This document shows positions 45,885-56,782 of a stretch of DNA of 64,000 bases, in pieces. The notes under the pieces are model-generated. The model searched no databases. It was not told the DNA's origin and saw only the letters and a list, made by a program, of their open reading frames with translations. Both the position numbers and the translations under genes were made by a program. Numbering within the stretch: the stretch's first letter is position 1; each line of letters begins with the position of its first letter. The stretch is from a virus. The DNA is taken from IMG/VR virus record IMGVR_UViG_3300002144_000072, positions 1 through 64,000 of that record; one strand, given 5' to 3'.

Positions 45885-47157
45885 ATTCTCGTACCTTTGA
45901 AACTGAGCTAGGCTGCTTTATTGAATTATTTTTTAAAACTTCAAAGTTGTAATCTAAGATAGCTCTCATCGATTCGAACCATTCTATTTTTTTACTGTGA
46001 GACATATTTTTTATTATTTGTATCTGTTTAATGATAGCGTCTAATCGTTCCCAAGAATCTAACTCGTCATATGATTCGTCAATAACACCATCAAAAGTTT
46101 TGTATCCTAGTTCTCGAATATATCTCAGACTATGTTTATTACCGTATAATATAAAAGGGTGTCTAGCAGCGATCGGTTTAAATGTTTTCTCACTTATAAA
46201 GCATGTGCGTTCTGCAAAAGATGCTTCACTTACTATACTCACCCAAGAATTACGTGTTTCTATATGATATAAATCTCTTACAAACGAGTCGGCTGATGTG
46301 CCTTTGAAATCTTGTTTTAATGTATCATCCATATTAGATCTAGGAAACATAGGCAACAACTTAACCATTTGCTCGTAATCTTCATCAGTTATTGATTTTT
46401 CTTCATAGTATGAATTATTTTTAAAAAAACTATTCATACTATTAATACCATCTGAAAGTAAATTGTTTTTCCATAATGCATGAAATAACCAGATCCTGTG
46501 AGGCCTTGCACGTTTTTGAAAACAGTTATATGTTAATAAGGTTGACTCATTAGCTGTCTTATAACGTATATGTTCACTAACTGTTGGCAATATCTTTAGT
46601 TGCTGTGTGACCGAATCATAGGTAAATCTTTCAAACTGTATATGGGGTATAACACACATACGTTCTGATGTATTATTACGTTTGCACCAATCTGCATATT
46701 GTGTTTCTACTGACAAGTTTCCAGTGACATATATTATCTGACTAACAGGAATTTTATAAACTGTACAACAATAATGAAACCAATAAAACAACCATTCTTC
46801 ATGGTACCCTTCGTGACTTTGATCTAAAAGTAAGTATGCTTTCTTTGACTGTAAATCAGTTAGTAGTTCTTGATCTATATAAAAGAATACACTATTTCTA
46901 TTAGACGTCATATAATTTTTTTCTAGTTCTGCATGGCCTGCCCAATCCCAGGGCGAATGCGTCACTCCAGATGGAACAATATAACTTTTGTACTTTGTTC
47001 TGTTATTGAATGAATCAAATGTTGCAGACTTTGAAAAACTATATCTTAAAGTTGATACAAGAGGACTAGCAGTAAATCGATTGATTCCAGACGAATTAAC
47101 ATCATCACAATTAGAAAAATTTGTTAATTCTTTTTTATTTTGAAATAGAAAAATCAT
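45865..47157 (-). CDS. Putative glycosyltransferase-like protein
   Basis: R.HR..L, IVSE...FISEKTFKPI...HPFILYG...L..LGYKTF; SEK motif reminiscent of GT10-type enzymes. Confidence 0.5.
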   Translation of the reverse strand: MIFLFQNKKELTNFSNCDDVNSSGINRFTASPLVSTLRYSFSKSATFDSFNNRTKYKSYIVPSGVTHSPWDWAGHAELEKNYMTSNRNSVFFYIDQELLTDLQSKKAYLLLDQSHEGYHEEWLFYWFHYCCTVYKIPVSQIIYVTGNLSVETQYADWCKRNNTSERMCVIPHIQFERFTYDSVTQQLKILPTVSEHIRYKTANESTLLTYNCFQKRARPHRIWLFHALWKNNLLSDGINSMNSFFKNNSYYEEKSITDEDYEQMVKLLPMFPRSNMDDTLKQDFKGTSADSFVRDLYHIETRNSWVSIVSEASFAERTCFISEKTFKPIAARHPFILYGNKHSLRYIRELGYKTFDGVIDESYDELDSWERLDAIIKQIQIIKNMSHSKKIEWFESMRAILDYNFEVLKNNSIKQPSSVSKVREYVLQPN

Positions 47158-48527
47158 AGCATCTCACTGTTGCAGCTTTCAAAGAAATTTGCTAGTCTTG
47201 GAAAAGTCTTAGAGAAATCGGTATTACGACGGCGGTCATGTTCAGTGAACCAATTAAAGAAGTCTAGTTTGCCTTCTTTAATCTTCTCTGGGGCATAGAT
47301 AGCTGATTCCATGTATTTAACGACTCTTTCAAATTTAGCATACTCTAAGTCGTTGAATTTAAAGCGGTTTTTATCGTCTAAATTGGCTAGAATGAAGTCT
47401 AGGTGACTTTGCATGTATGGCATAAACTCCTCTTTAGGCAATATATTCATATCATATTGCAACGGTTCTTTTAGGAACGGTGTATCAAAGCGTACACGCT
47501 GCCATTTGCTTTGCGTAGATCCATTGTACTTCTCACGCCATTCTAAAATCTTTTCTAGCAGACTTTGAAAGTTTGTCACTGATAGTATGTTAAACGTTAT
47601 CATGAATGTAATAGGTAGAGATGTTCTTGTTAGATATGTATCTAAATTCTGTTCCCATACATTCAAGTCTAGGCCAGTACGTATGTACTCTGCTGCTGGA
47701 CCCCATGTATCAATGCTCGTGAAAACTTTAAAGTCTTTGATCTTTCCGTTGTTAACTAGATTGTTTACCTTTTCAACCAATCGTTCTACTAGTACTGGCT
47801 TAACTCCGAAATTAGTATTGATATTAAGTTCTAAGTTAGGCAGAGGATTCTGTTCAAGATCTTCTAATAGCTTCCATGTTGATTTTTGAAGCAACGGTTC
47901 GCCTCCGGTGATACGAAGGATGGTTAAAGTTTTCTTTACTTCGGGCCACCAACGCCACCAGGCATCAACATAAGGGTTGTTATCTTCTTCATAAATCTTA
48001 AACCAGTCAATGTCGTTGCGGTGATTCTTAACCATGTCGTAGGGGCCGTGATCTTTAATCTCTTTGTAGTACGAGCTACTGTGCTTAGGATGGCAGTACC
48101 CGCATTTAAAATTACATTCGTTGCCAAAGCTAACTTCAATGTATTGCGGGTTTATATTCTGATCCCAGTCACCGTCTCGAATTTGTTCAAATCTTTCTGG
48201 AGTATAAATTGTACTATTGCGTTCCTTGCGATCACTAACGTAGCTATCGCCCATTGCTTCGATTTTCCAGCAGTAGTTGCAACCAGCGGGCTTACCACCG
48301 TTGAGCATTTCTAGTCGTTCAAGTTTTTTCTGTTCAGTATTATGTAGCGCACTAGGATCAATAAAGATTTCCTGCATAGGAATCTTGTGCGGGGCGGGAT
48401 GATAACAACTATGTGTTTCTCCTGTACCTAAGTAAATTGTCGTGTGATGCCATTTAGCCATACAGAACGTAGGCGAAACTTCATTCATAATAGGAATGAA
48501 CTTTTTAATTCTTTCTAAGTCGTCCAT
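47154..48527 (-). CDS. Radical SAM enzyme with N-terminal SPASM/twitch-like Cys cluster
   Basis: CNFKCGYC (CxxxCxxC), TGGEP, NTN, SID; N-terminal C..KW, SC.H, C..CW. Confidence 0.88.
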   Translation of the reverse strand: MDDLERIKKFIPIMNEVSPTFCMAKWHHTTIYLGTGETHSCYHPAPHKIPMQEIFIDPSALHNTEQKKLERLEMLNGGKPAGCNYCWKIEAMGDSYVSDRKERNSTIYTPERFEQIRDGDWDQNINPQYIEVSFGNECNFKCGYCHPKHSSSYYKEIKDHGPYDMVKNHRNDIDWFKIYEEDNNPYVDAWWRWWPEVKKTLTILRITGGEPLLQKSTWKLLEDLEQNPLPNLELNINTNFGVKPVLVERLVEKVNNLVNNGKIKDFKVFTSIDTWGPAAEYIRTGLDLNVWEQNLDTYLTRTSLPITFMITFNILSVTNFQSLLEKILEWREKYNGSTQSKWQRVRFDTPFLKEPLQYDMNILPKEEFMPYMQSHLDFILANLDDKNRFKFNDLEYAKFERVVKYMESAIYAPEKIKEGKLDFFNWFTEHDRRRNTDFSKTFPRLANFFESCNSEML

Positions 48528-49557
48528 CGAACTGTTCCTTTAACCAAGCAAAGTCGTTGATTTTTTTAAGTGTTTCTAAATCTGTCTTGTGTTTAATACC
48601 GTATTCTTTTCCAGCATTGGCACCATCGATTGCATTTTCGTCACTTGAGTCTTCACACCATACTTTTAATCTATACTGCGTTTCTTCGTCTTGTTGTCGC
48701 TCAATCACACGACTAGCTAGCTTGGCACATTCTCTAAATGCACTTTTCCAAGTATTAAACGGATCAGTATTAAATCCGTTTATGTTAGATACTGATTGCA
48801 TAGGCCTAAACCATTTACTAATACTTGTAGTCATATCTGGTTTAGATAAATCCATGTCTATAGTTAGTTGTCTAGGTAATAGTTTAACTCCACCATTACC
48901 ATATTCTAAACCGTTAACCGGGTTTCTACTTTGCCATACATGCACTGTTTGCTTTGCATTAAAGTCATAGTGCGGAATGTAGTGATCAAACTTAAACGTA
49001 TTCTCAATAATCGCATCTGCATCAACTACATAAAACATGTCAGTAGTAGCTGTCTTTGCTGCTTCAATGTGTGCTTGATGTATACCTTTAATATCTTTAA
49101 TCCAGAAGATTTTATTTCCTCTTAATCTAGGAACCAGATCTGCAAATCGTTCAACTGCAAACGGTTCGTGATAGGATATAAACACAACATCAGACATCTG
49201 CGGTATGCTGGCTTGATATTCTATTTCTTTCTTTTTAGTAAAAAATCTATAATCCCATTCACGTTGTAGTATACGTGCGGCTTTAGGAAATATACAAATA
49301 CCATCATAATAATCACCATTTTTAAAAACATGAATGTATTCTTCGTCCCATTTAGGAATACGATAATCTAAATTAAAAACTTCTTTAAGATTAACATAAT
49401 CCCACACTACCCAGAAAAATTTAGTAAATGCCTTAGATTTAACTTCTTCAAATGTTTTTATATTTTCAAGTTTCTGTGCATTAGGAAACCGATGTTTGAA
49501 TCTTTCCCAAGCATCGTTATCTACTGATCCTTTTCCGACATAAAAAATATCATACAT
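48505..49557 (-). CDS. GT-A-like glycosyltransferase with duplicated domain
   Basis: VVDAD DxD motif, GI..AH..AA, YGNGGVKL, W.SAFRE..KL; N-terminal degenerate copy. Confidence 0.65.
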   Translation of the reverse strand: MYDIFYVGKGSVDNDAWERFKHRFPNAQKLENIKTFEEVKSKAFTKFFWVVWDYVNLKEVFNLDYRIPKWDEEYIHVFKNGDYYDGICIFPKAARILQREWDYRFFTKKKEIEYQASIPQMSDVVFISYHEPFAVERFADLVPRLRGNKIFWIKDIKGIHQAHIEAAKTATTDMFYVVDADAIIENTFKFDHYIPHYDFNAKQTVHVWQSRNPVNGLEYGNGGVKLLPRQLTIDMDLSKPDMTTSISKWFRPMQSVSNINGFNTDPFNTWKSAFRECAKLASRVIERQQDEETQYRLKVWCEDSSDENAIDGANAGKEYGIKHKTDLETLKKINDFAWLKEQFDGRLRKN

Positions 49558-50443
49558 TATCGGGCATCCGATAATACGTTAAGCCTAGATTAATTGTTTC
49601 GTCATACAGATCTAAAATATATTTGCTCTGTTGTGAATCAAAGTTAGGCCAGTCTAGTCCAAGTTGCTGTTTAAGTTGTACGCCTAACGCTCGTGCATCA
49701 GCTTCGGGATTAGTATGATTAACTTTTTCTTCGTAGATGTCTCTTAATATTTCAAAGTCTCTAACGTCAATGTAATTCCAATCTGTACAATTAGTCATGT
49801 ACGTTCCCATACGGGCGCCAAGGATTGCATACACTCCGTTTTCTTCATGCATGCCTACAGTTGACCACATACGTAATCTATGGATATTGTGCCACCATAT
49901 ACTCTCTTTAATTTCCTGAGGTGGAACTTTAACTCCGTCAAGTAGAGTCATTTTAACACCTTCACGGAATCCAGCACGCCAGGCTTGGAACGGACTTCCT
50001 GTAATAATACTTTCGCTATAAACTCTAGGAAAGTTTTTATAGCCATCTTCCCAACAGAAGTCTACTTGACCTCTATCACTGTCCGAATTTTCGTGTGTAC
50101 GCATATCGAGTACAAAATCTTTCTTCCAGATTTTCACGCCGCCGTTGCCATATCGCAATCCGTTAATAGTATTGCGGCCGCACCATCCATAGACTTGTAT
50201 CTTAGGATCGCTCATGTCTAATTCTAGATTAAAGAAAGCAGGATCAACAATGTTATCAGCGTCAACAGTAATAAACCATTCAGTATCGCTGAGTTCAGCT
50301 GCGGCTTTGTGTGCATGATCACTGCCTTTGACGCCGTGAACTCGTTTTGCCCATGGTACTTTATTACACAAGTCAGCATAATGCAGATCAGCATTAGGCT
50401 CATCATAACTTAAAAATATAACGTCAAATTCTACTGTTTTCAT
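49550..50443 (-). CDS. GT-A-like glycosyltransferase, paralog of 48505..49557
   Basis: FLSYDEP, VDADN, YGNGGVK, AWRAGFREGVK. Confidence 0.65.
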   Translation of the reverse strand: MKTVEFDVIFLSYDEPNADLHYADLCNKVPWAKRVHGVKGSDHAHKAAAELSDTEWFITVDADNIVDPAFFNLELDMSDPKIQVYGWCGRNTINGLRYGNGGVKIWKKDFVLDMRTHENSDSDRGQVDFCWEDGYKNFPRVYSESIITGSPFQAWRAGFREGVKMTLLDGVKVPPQEIKESIWWHNIHRLRMWSTVGMHEENGVYAILGARMGTYMTNCTDWNYIDVRDFEILRDIYEEKVNHTNPEADARALGVQLKQQLGLDWPNFDSQQSKYILDLYDETINLGLTYYRMPDNV

Positions 50444-51057
50444 TTATACTCTATTACATAATTTTTAAATAAGCGTCTAGTATACACACTGAAATTTTCA
50501 TAATCAATATCTTTTAATGTTTTAGTTTTACCTACTAGTTCATTAATTTTAACAGAAAACATCTCAAAGATCAAGTTCGGATCGTTGTATTCGGTAATTA
50601 AAAAATTCATTTCAGTGTCACCATCCCAAACAATTTTTCTTTTTTTGATATCACCTTTTACTTTTTTAGTTCCGCCTAGTTCTGCTGACAATTGAATTTT
50701 TAGAGTTTTATTTTTTGATGAGTATGCCAAATAAACATCAGGTTTTATAATATCCGAAAATTCAATTGACGAGATTCTATGTAAAACATCATCAATTTTA
50801 AAAATGCTTTTTGTTTCAGCTATTTCTAAACTACTCGAATCTATGTCAACAAAGCATTTATGAATCATAATTTCGCTGTTGATAATAGATTCTGCAGTTT
50901 CTGTATCTAAAGAAATCTTATTTTTCTCTGTTGTAAAAGCATGATCCGGGCCAACTGATTTTACTGCGCCTGTTTCAGGATCAAACACTGCAACATACTT
51001 GGTTGGCTCAGGAATATAATTAGCTAACCATTCGTCAAAGTCTATCATTTTTTCCAT
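50440..51057 (-). CDS. Hypothetical protein
   Basis: Coupled ORF in the glycosyltransferase operon. Confidence 0.6.
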   Translation of the reverse strand: MEKMIDFDEWLANYIPEPTKYVAVFDPETGAVKSVGPDHAFTTEKNKISLDTETAESIINSEIMIHKCFVDIDSSSLEIAETKSIFKIDDVLHRISSIEFSDIIKPDVYLAYSSKNKTLKIQLSAELGGTKKVKGDIKKRKIVWDGDTEMNFLITEYNDPNLIFEMFSVKINELVGKTKTLKDIDYENFSVYTRRLFKNYVIEYK

Positions 51058-51884
51058 GCTATTTCCTCTAACACACTTATAACTTCATCTGTAATTTTAT
51101 CTTTTTCTACATAATGAACGATGTCGTGCTGTTGATAATTTCCAATTTTCAATTGTCCGCCCTTACCAAAATAAAATCCAACATGGTCGCTCCACTTAGT
51201 GGCAGGCCAGGGCCAATTTTGTACTAGCGGTTTCATATGTACTACTCTAGGAAATTCTAAAGGATATGCAATATCATCTTGAATATCTAGAATTTTTGCC
51301 GATAAACTAAATGCTTCGTCTGTTCCTATAACTTTAGGCTTGCCTGCTGACAAAAACATATTAGAGAATTCAATAGGGTTTTTAATAATTTCTCTGCCAA
51401 GATTAAAAAACTCTTTTACTAGCTTGCTATCTTTCTTAAAAAATGTATAAAATGAATATAGATTAGGCAACTCGTTTCTGACGAATGTTTTTCTATAATC
51501 AGTGCCTGTAATTAGCTCACCCCTGTAAGTGTACGCTTTGTTAGCAACGTACAATTCACTATTCTCAATAAAATATTCTGCCCAGTGGCTATAATCTCTT
51601 GTAAACAACATATCAACATCTAGACATACTGTATGCTCAAAAGGTGTTAGTTCATCCATCCAACTACGACCATCCCAGAATGTTTCTTGATCCCATTCAA
51701 TAACATGATCAAATACCCAAGGACTCTTTAACTTAGCTAGCTTGTCTTTGCTATCAATTACCAATGCAACTTTGTCGTAGCCTTCTCTTTGTGTATTCTT
51801 AATACTTAATGCTAATGCATACGCTAATTGTAGATAATCTACAGACTTGTGTTCGGCAACAATTAAAAGATATCCAAAGTTCAT
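51045..51884 (-). CDS. GT8-like glycosyltransferase
   Basis: AYALALSIK, LTPFEHTVCLDVDM (DxD), VHMK, HY..K. Confidence 0.65.
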   Translation of the reverse strand: MNFGYLLIVAEHKSVDYLQLAYALALSIKNTQREGYDKVALVIDSKDKLAKLKSPWVFDHVIEWDQETFWDGRSWMDELTPFEHTVCLDVDMLFTRDYSHWAEYFIENSELYVANKAYTYRGELITGTDYRKTFVRNELPNLYSFYTFFKKDSKLVKEFFNLGREIIKNPIEFSNMFLSAGKPKVIGTDEAFSLSAKILDIQDDIAYPLEFPRVVHMKPLVQNWPWPATKWSDHVGFYFGKGGQLKIGNYQQHDIVHYVEKDKITDEVISVLEEIAWKK

Positions 51885-52741
51885 ATTAGCTCCAGTAATT
51901 TATCTTTATTACGAATAATACTTTGCTTATTCATTACATGAACATCAACTCCTGATAATGCTGCTGCACAATAATCAGATCCTAACCTGGAACTAACTAA
52001 CACCGTTAGGCGATCTCCAATAACCTCATGTAGTACATCCTTATCTAATAAAGACAATACAGGGGGTAATATTCCATTTTCGTCTTCTTCAAATCCACCT
52101 AGTATATGTTTGGCTACACTAAATGCAATATCGTTTCTAAACTGTCTGCTGTCAAATCTAAAAATATCAGCATAGTACTGATAGTGGTCTTTAACAAAAT
52201 TTACTGTGTCAAATAATAACTTAGCGTCACTTGTTTTACTAAACATAACTGTAGTGGCCCAGTAAAGTTTTACTCCAACTTCTGAAATATAAACATCGTT
52301 ATATCCTAATCGTTCTTGACCATATATATCATTTATCGATTCGCCGATTAGTACGTCAGCATCAACATTCCAATATTCACTTAGTCTATTAGAAAAAATT
52401 AAAAAGTCACTGTCAATTAACAGTGTACGATCATACGGAGTTAGGTCCCATGCTGATCCCCTGTTTGAATTTATGAACGGCACAACCATATTAGATTCAC
52501 CATCGTGTAATCTTCGTTGATTGTCTGTTTGTGGACGATCTACAACTATGATGTTTTCAAATACAGCTGATGCTGTGTCTAACATATTAGATTCAGCTAA
52601 CCAATCAACTGTCGATTGGTCAGTCACTAAAGATGCAGGTACCATTAACTGTTTTTTTGCAAGGCCGCCTGATATAATAGCCATCAGCGCATAATCAACT
52701 GTTCGATTGTTATGAGCATAGATTAAAATTCCACGTGTCAT
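51881..52741 (-). CDS. GT8-like glycosyltransferase, paralog of 51045..51884
   Basis: LTPYDRTLLIDSDF (DxD), RND.AFS.A, H.MNK. Confidence 0.65.
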   Translation of the reverse strand: MTRGILIYAHNNRTVDYALMAIISGGLAKKQLMVPASLVTDQSTVDWLAESNMLDTASAVFENIIVVDRPQTDNQRRLHDGESNMVVPFINSNRGSAWDLTPYDRTLLIDSDFLIFSNRLSEYWNVDADVLIGESINDIYGQERLGYNDVYISEVGVKLYWATTVMFSKTSDAKLLFDTVNFVKDHYQYYADIFRFDSRQFRNDIAFSVAKHILGGFEEDENGILPPVLSLLDKDVLHEVIGDRLTVLVSSRLGSDYCAAALSGVDVHVMNKQSIIRNKDKLLELI

Positions 52742-53088
52742 TGTTCTAGCATCTTCTCTACAGAACGACTCTTCTTTAATTTTTGATAATGCTCGAAGTA
52801 TTCATTTGTAGCTTCAAAATATCTACTAAACACTTCATCTTTAAACGCTTCTACATCTTCTATAAGAATAGGATTATCATTTACATCTAGCAGTACAACG
52901 CCGCTAGTGCGGCCTTTATTACACAACATTTCGACAAATGTTAAAAGAGTTTGGTCAATGTGAAACAAGCCGCCATTAAACCCGTAGGTTAATCTAGCTT
53001 CTGCTTTTTCTTTAAGAGTTTTACGTTGGATTGAAAATGTTTGCTTGTAATTAGCAAACTCCAGAGCTCGTTTGAGTTGCTCTTGCAT
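52738..53088 (-). CDS. Hypothetical protein, first gene of the GT operon
   Basis: SD AAGGAG; TAAATA on the minus strand at 53116-53121. Confidence 0.6.
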   Translation of the reverse strand: MQEQLKRALEFANYKQTFSIQRKTLKEKAEARLTYGFNGGLFHIDQTLLTFVEMLCNKGRTSGVVLLDVNDNPILIEDVEAFKDEVFSRYFEATNEYFEHYQKLKKSRSVEKMLEQ

Positions 53089-53146
53089 GTTTTCTCCTTA
53101 ATTAACTGCGCTGTTTATTTAGCGGCCAGCTGTTTCAAGGAAAAAT

Positions 53147-54037
53147 TTATCCGCCTATATTGGCTACAGTTAACGAAGTAGGAACATACTGTAGCCAGGT
53201 GCTCGAAGCAGGCAACAACGTTCCAGTTGGATATTTATAAGATGCTGATATTGTTAGTATACCGTCAACAGTATCTGGGCCAGCGCCCGTAGCAGTATGG
53301 CCATCTTGCAAATCAACAAAAATTTCTAGGCTTGATGCAGTTGATCTAGCTGAAAGAGAATATGTGTTTGATCCGTACGGGCTGGAGGCAGAGGTTGAAT
53401 AAAATGTTCTATAATTACTATCTGTCCTATACCAATTAGTACCGTCTGTCGGTGATGTGCCTGCGCCTGGATTGTTGCCGCCAATGCCTTGTGTGCCCGC
53501 AGAACTTAATAGCGACGACCAACTTGTATTTTGAGATGTAGCAGTTCCACCAGCTCTAGCAGCACTTATTAATATTTGGCCGCCTGCATTGAAGAAGTAT
53601 CTTGCAGCATTAGCATCTGCCCAAATAGCTGTCACTGTTGTCCTTAATTGCACCGACCAAGCACTAGTAAATGTTTTTGGAACGGCGGTGGCAACTCCAA
53701 ATTGACCAGATCCGACATTAAATCTGTTAGATGCAAGAGTCGCTGCTAACGTACTATAATAAGTGACTGGTTCGGTAGATGCATTAAATGCAACTGTTTG
53801 ACCTTCGGTTTTACTAGGAACTGTTGCATAGCTACCATTCTGATGCAATGAAGCATTTAAAATGTCGTATCTTAAATTACTCCATTCGTTGACTGTGACT
53901 TTATTTCCTATAGCAACACTTGCACTTATCGGAGTTTGTCCATACCCATAAGTTGCTGAGCCTGCACCGAGTACTTCAATGACAGCATTTCTAATGTTAT
54001 TGTAGTCAGTGTACTTAATTGTGTCGTTAACGGCCAT
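53147..54037 (-). CDS. Virion structural protein (tail/baseplate-associated)
   Basis: G.G..GYGQ, W..LRYD, ARYFFN.GG; paralog of 54074..54970. Confidence 0.65.
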   Translation of the reverse strand: MAVNDTIKYTDYNNIRNAVIEVLGAGSATYGYGQTPISASVAIGNKVTVNEWSNLRYDILNASLHQNGSYATVPSKTEGQTVAFNASTEPVTYYSTLAATLASNRFNVGSGQFGVATAVPKTFTSAWSVQLRTTVTAIWADANAARYFFNAGGQILISAARAGGTATSQNTSWSSLLSSAGTQGIGGNNPGAGTSPTDGTNWYRTDSNYRTFYSTSASSPYGSNTYSLSARSTASSLEIFVDLQDGHTATGAGPDTVDGILTISASYKYPTGTLLPASSTWLQYVPTSLTVANIGG

Positions 54038-54073
54038 GAATATATTCTTCTATATGAGTTTCTATTTAATATC

Positions 54074-54970
54074 TTACGATGCTATAATACTCGAAAGTGA
54101 GTACGAAGGACTAGTTATAGCAAACGTTCCGCTAGGAAATAATGATCCAGCGGCTTTGACTTCGGCAACTGAAACTGTTAATGTTCCGTCTACACTATCG
54201 CCTGGGGGATCTATATGTGGATCAACATAGCTATCATTTAATGTAATCTTTATAGTCAACACTGTTGCTGTTCCAGATGAATTATCTGCAACATCAGTTT
54301 TAGCCTCTAGTACGTAGTTGTTCGCAGAATAAGGCGTAGACAATGAGTTTTGATAATATGTTTGATATGCGTTAGTAAGTGTATAATAGTTAATAGCCGG
54401 ATCAGTATTAGCTCCAAACGCTCTAGTTCCTACACTAGATAAAAATGTTTTCCACGCATTGACTTGTGCAGTTGTCGACCCCCCGGATATAATAGAATTA
54501 ATCCTAACAGTGCCTCCACTATTAAAAAAGTATCTAGCTTCAGTAGGAGTGGAAAATGTCACAGTTAACTCAGATGTAGCTGTTAACGACCAAGTAGACG
54601 AATACGAAGTAGATGCTGCATTTGCAACAATAGATTGATTATTTGCTAGTACAAACCTGTTTGCAATAGCCTGATCTAATAAAGTGTCATAGTTGCTATT
54701 AGGTGATGATCCGCCATAGCCTATTGGATCTCCAACATTAACAGTGACAATAGCTGGCATAACTCCGTCTTGATGATATCGAATACTAGTGACATCATAT
54801 CTCAATAGATCCCATTGAGCTTTAGTGATATTATTACCTGTAAAAACGTCAGCTGATTGTACGGTTTGACCATAACCTCGGGTGCCAGTACCTGTTCCTA
54901 ACAAAGACTGAGCTTTATCCTGAATAGTAATATAGTCGGCTGCTGTTATTTGAGATCCTGAAGACGCCAT
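54074..54970 (-). CDS. Virion structural protein (tail/baseplate-associated)
   Basis: Same motifs as 53147..54037. Confidence 0.65.
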   Translation of the reverse strand: MASSGSQITAADYITIQDKAQSLLGTGTGTRGYGQTVQSADVFTGNNITKAQWDLLRYDVTSIRYHQDGVMPAIVTVNVGDPIGYGGSSPNSNYDTLLDQAIANRFVLANNQSIVANAASTSYSSTWSLTATSELTVTFSTPTEARYFFNSGGTVRINSIISGGSTTAQVNAWKTFLSSVGTRAFGANTDPAINYYTLTNAYQTYYQNSLSTPYSANNYVLEAKTDVADNSSGTATVLTIKITLNDSYVDPHIDPPGDSVDGTLTVSVAEVKAAGSLFPSGTFAITSPSYSLSSIIAS

Positions 54971-54979
54971 TTGTTATCC

Positions 54980-56782
54980 TTAAACTTTAAGTACACACTC
55001 AACTAACTTTTCAGCGTCGTCTGCGTTTGATTCTAATGCAACACCAACCATTGCAGTTGTTGCTACTGTTGTGCATACGCCGTCGATCCAAGCATACACA
55101 ACTTGACCTTTTTTAACAGCACCTTTAACACGCACAGGAACACGACCTGTAAGTGCAATATATTGCCCTTCGGCATCACTATTCATCATAATTGCTGGGT
55201 TTGTTGAAACAACACCAATACAATGATTACTTGCAGTTGCTGGCTCTACTTCATGCTCTTCACACGTACATACTGCCACTGCTGTACCTGGCACTAGTTC
55301 AATTGCTGTTGTGTATTTTTCTGCTAAGTCAGCATAGCGAGCTGCGGTTGCAGTTCCGTTGAATAAATTAGCAGTAATATTTCCACTAGAATCTCTAGCA
55401 GCAATACTATATGCAGTTGCACTTAGTCTAGCCGTTCTGTATTTGGTACTCGTTGTACCATCATTCCACGTTGGGTCTGATAATGCATCAGTTTTATCTA
55501 TAAATGTTCTATCTACTTTGTCAGCAATACCAATAAATTGAGTTGCATATATGTTGCCAGTAGCATCACGCACCGGAATCGTAGCAACTGCTGACCCCGG
55601 AACTGCCACTGACGGTTCTAAGTCGTTTAACTTACCAGAGTTTGTTGCTGTTGCTGCTGATCCTGTCACAGAACCAGTGAGTGTACCAACAATGTTTGCT
55701 CCGGCATACCCAATTTGCTTAGTTGTTCCGTCAATCATTATCTGACTGTCAGACGAATAAACATTACCGTAATGACTACCTGTAGTAGTACCAGTAGCAT
55801 TGCCTGTTAGATTACCAGTAAACACAGTAGAATAAACGTTGCTCCACTTAGATAGTGACGATCCTAATGTATAAGCATTGTTATCTGCTGGTACTACTCC
55901 TGTAGAGGTAATAACTGCAATGTCTCGCTCGTCTGTTGTTTCTGCAACAGAAATTCTAAATGTAATCGAATTGCCTAATCGGTTCTCGAAAATAGCTTCG
56001 TCACCATTTTCAATACGGATTCGTATGTCGTTGCCGTCACCAATTTGTATGCCCGTATCTGCAAACGATACTTCTTCAGTGAACGCATTGTCGCCCTTTC
56101 TCAAGAACTGGTCAGCGCCAACACCTCCTAGTTGAATTGCATTTTGTGTTGTGCCCCACATGATGTAATCATCAGTAGAAACACCTGTTTGAGATTTAGC
56201 AAGGGTAAACCCTTTCTTAATAACTGAAAAGTCTTCAATTGTATTCTGTGCATTATCAAGTGTAAATGCAGTTTTGCTAAAGATACCAATTACTTTGCTA
56301 TCTGCAATAATTTTTAAAATAGTGTGAGGGCCAACTGTGGTCGACACTGTACCTTTTACAGTATCCGGGCTCACCGTCGATGTGCCTAGATCCGGGCTCG
56401 AAACTGGACCAACAAGAGTAAAGTCTACACCGTTCCATGCATATAACTGTTTTGCAGAACTATCCCACCAAAAATCACCTGACGCTAATCCGCTTGGAGC
56501 AGTAGCACTAACTTCAGCGCCGCCGGCTAGTTTAAATCTAGAACCGTTATAAAATTTTAGCTTTTGATTTGCAGAATCGTACCATATCTGACCAGTCACA
56601 ACCTTGGGTGGTGCTGTAGTATTTGAAAAAGATTCTAGTAAGTGCAAGAAATTTTCGTTCTGTACTTCGCCATAACCGGCGTAGTTTTTACCCACAAATC
56701 TAAGATCTGTTGTAGTATCAATAGTGCCATCCGCTACTGATACTAGGAATGTTCCGTTAAATTTATCTACTTGATATGCCAT
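54980..56782 (-). CDS. Tail fibre protein with C-terminal intramolecular chaperone/autocleavage-like domain
   Basis: Shared N-terminal module; ARYADLAEKY...GVVST.P..MN..IALTGRVPV.V.G. Confidence 0.7.
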   Translation of the reverse strand: MAYQVDKFNGTFLVSVADGTIDTTTDLRFVGKNYAGYGEVQNENFLHLLESFSNTTAPPKVVTGQIWYDSANQKLKFYNGSRFKLAGGAEVSATAPSGLASGDFWWDSSAKQLYAWNGVDFTLVGPVSSPDLGTSTVSPDTVKGTVSTTVGPHTILKIIADSKVIGIFSKTAFTLDNAQNTIEDFSVIKKGFTLAKSQTGVSTDDYIMWGTTQNAIQLGGVGADQFLRKGDNAFTEEVSFADTGIQIGDGNDIRIRIENGDEAIFENRLGNSITFRISVAETTDERDIAVITSTGVVPADNNAYTLGSSLSKWSNVYSTVFTGNLTGNATGTTTGSHYGNVYSSDSQIMIDGTTKQIGYAGANIVGTLTGSVTGSAATATNSGKLNDLEPSVAVPGSAVATIPVRDATGNIYATQFIGIADKVDRTFIDKTDALSDPTWNDGTTSTKYRTARLSATAYSIAARDSSGNITANLFNGTATAARYADLAEKYTTAIELVPGTAVAVCTCEEHEVEPATASNHCIGVVSTNPAIMMNSDAEGQYIALTGRVPVRVKGAVKKGQVVYAWIDGVCTTVATTAMVGVALESNADDAEKLVECVLKV

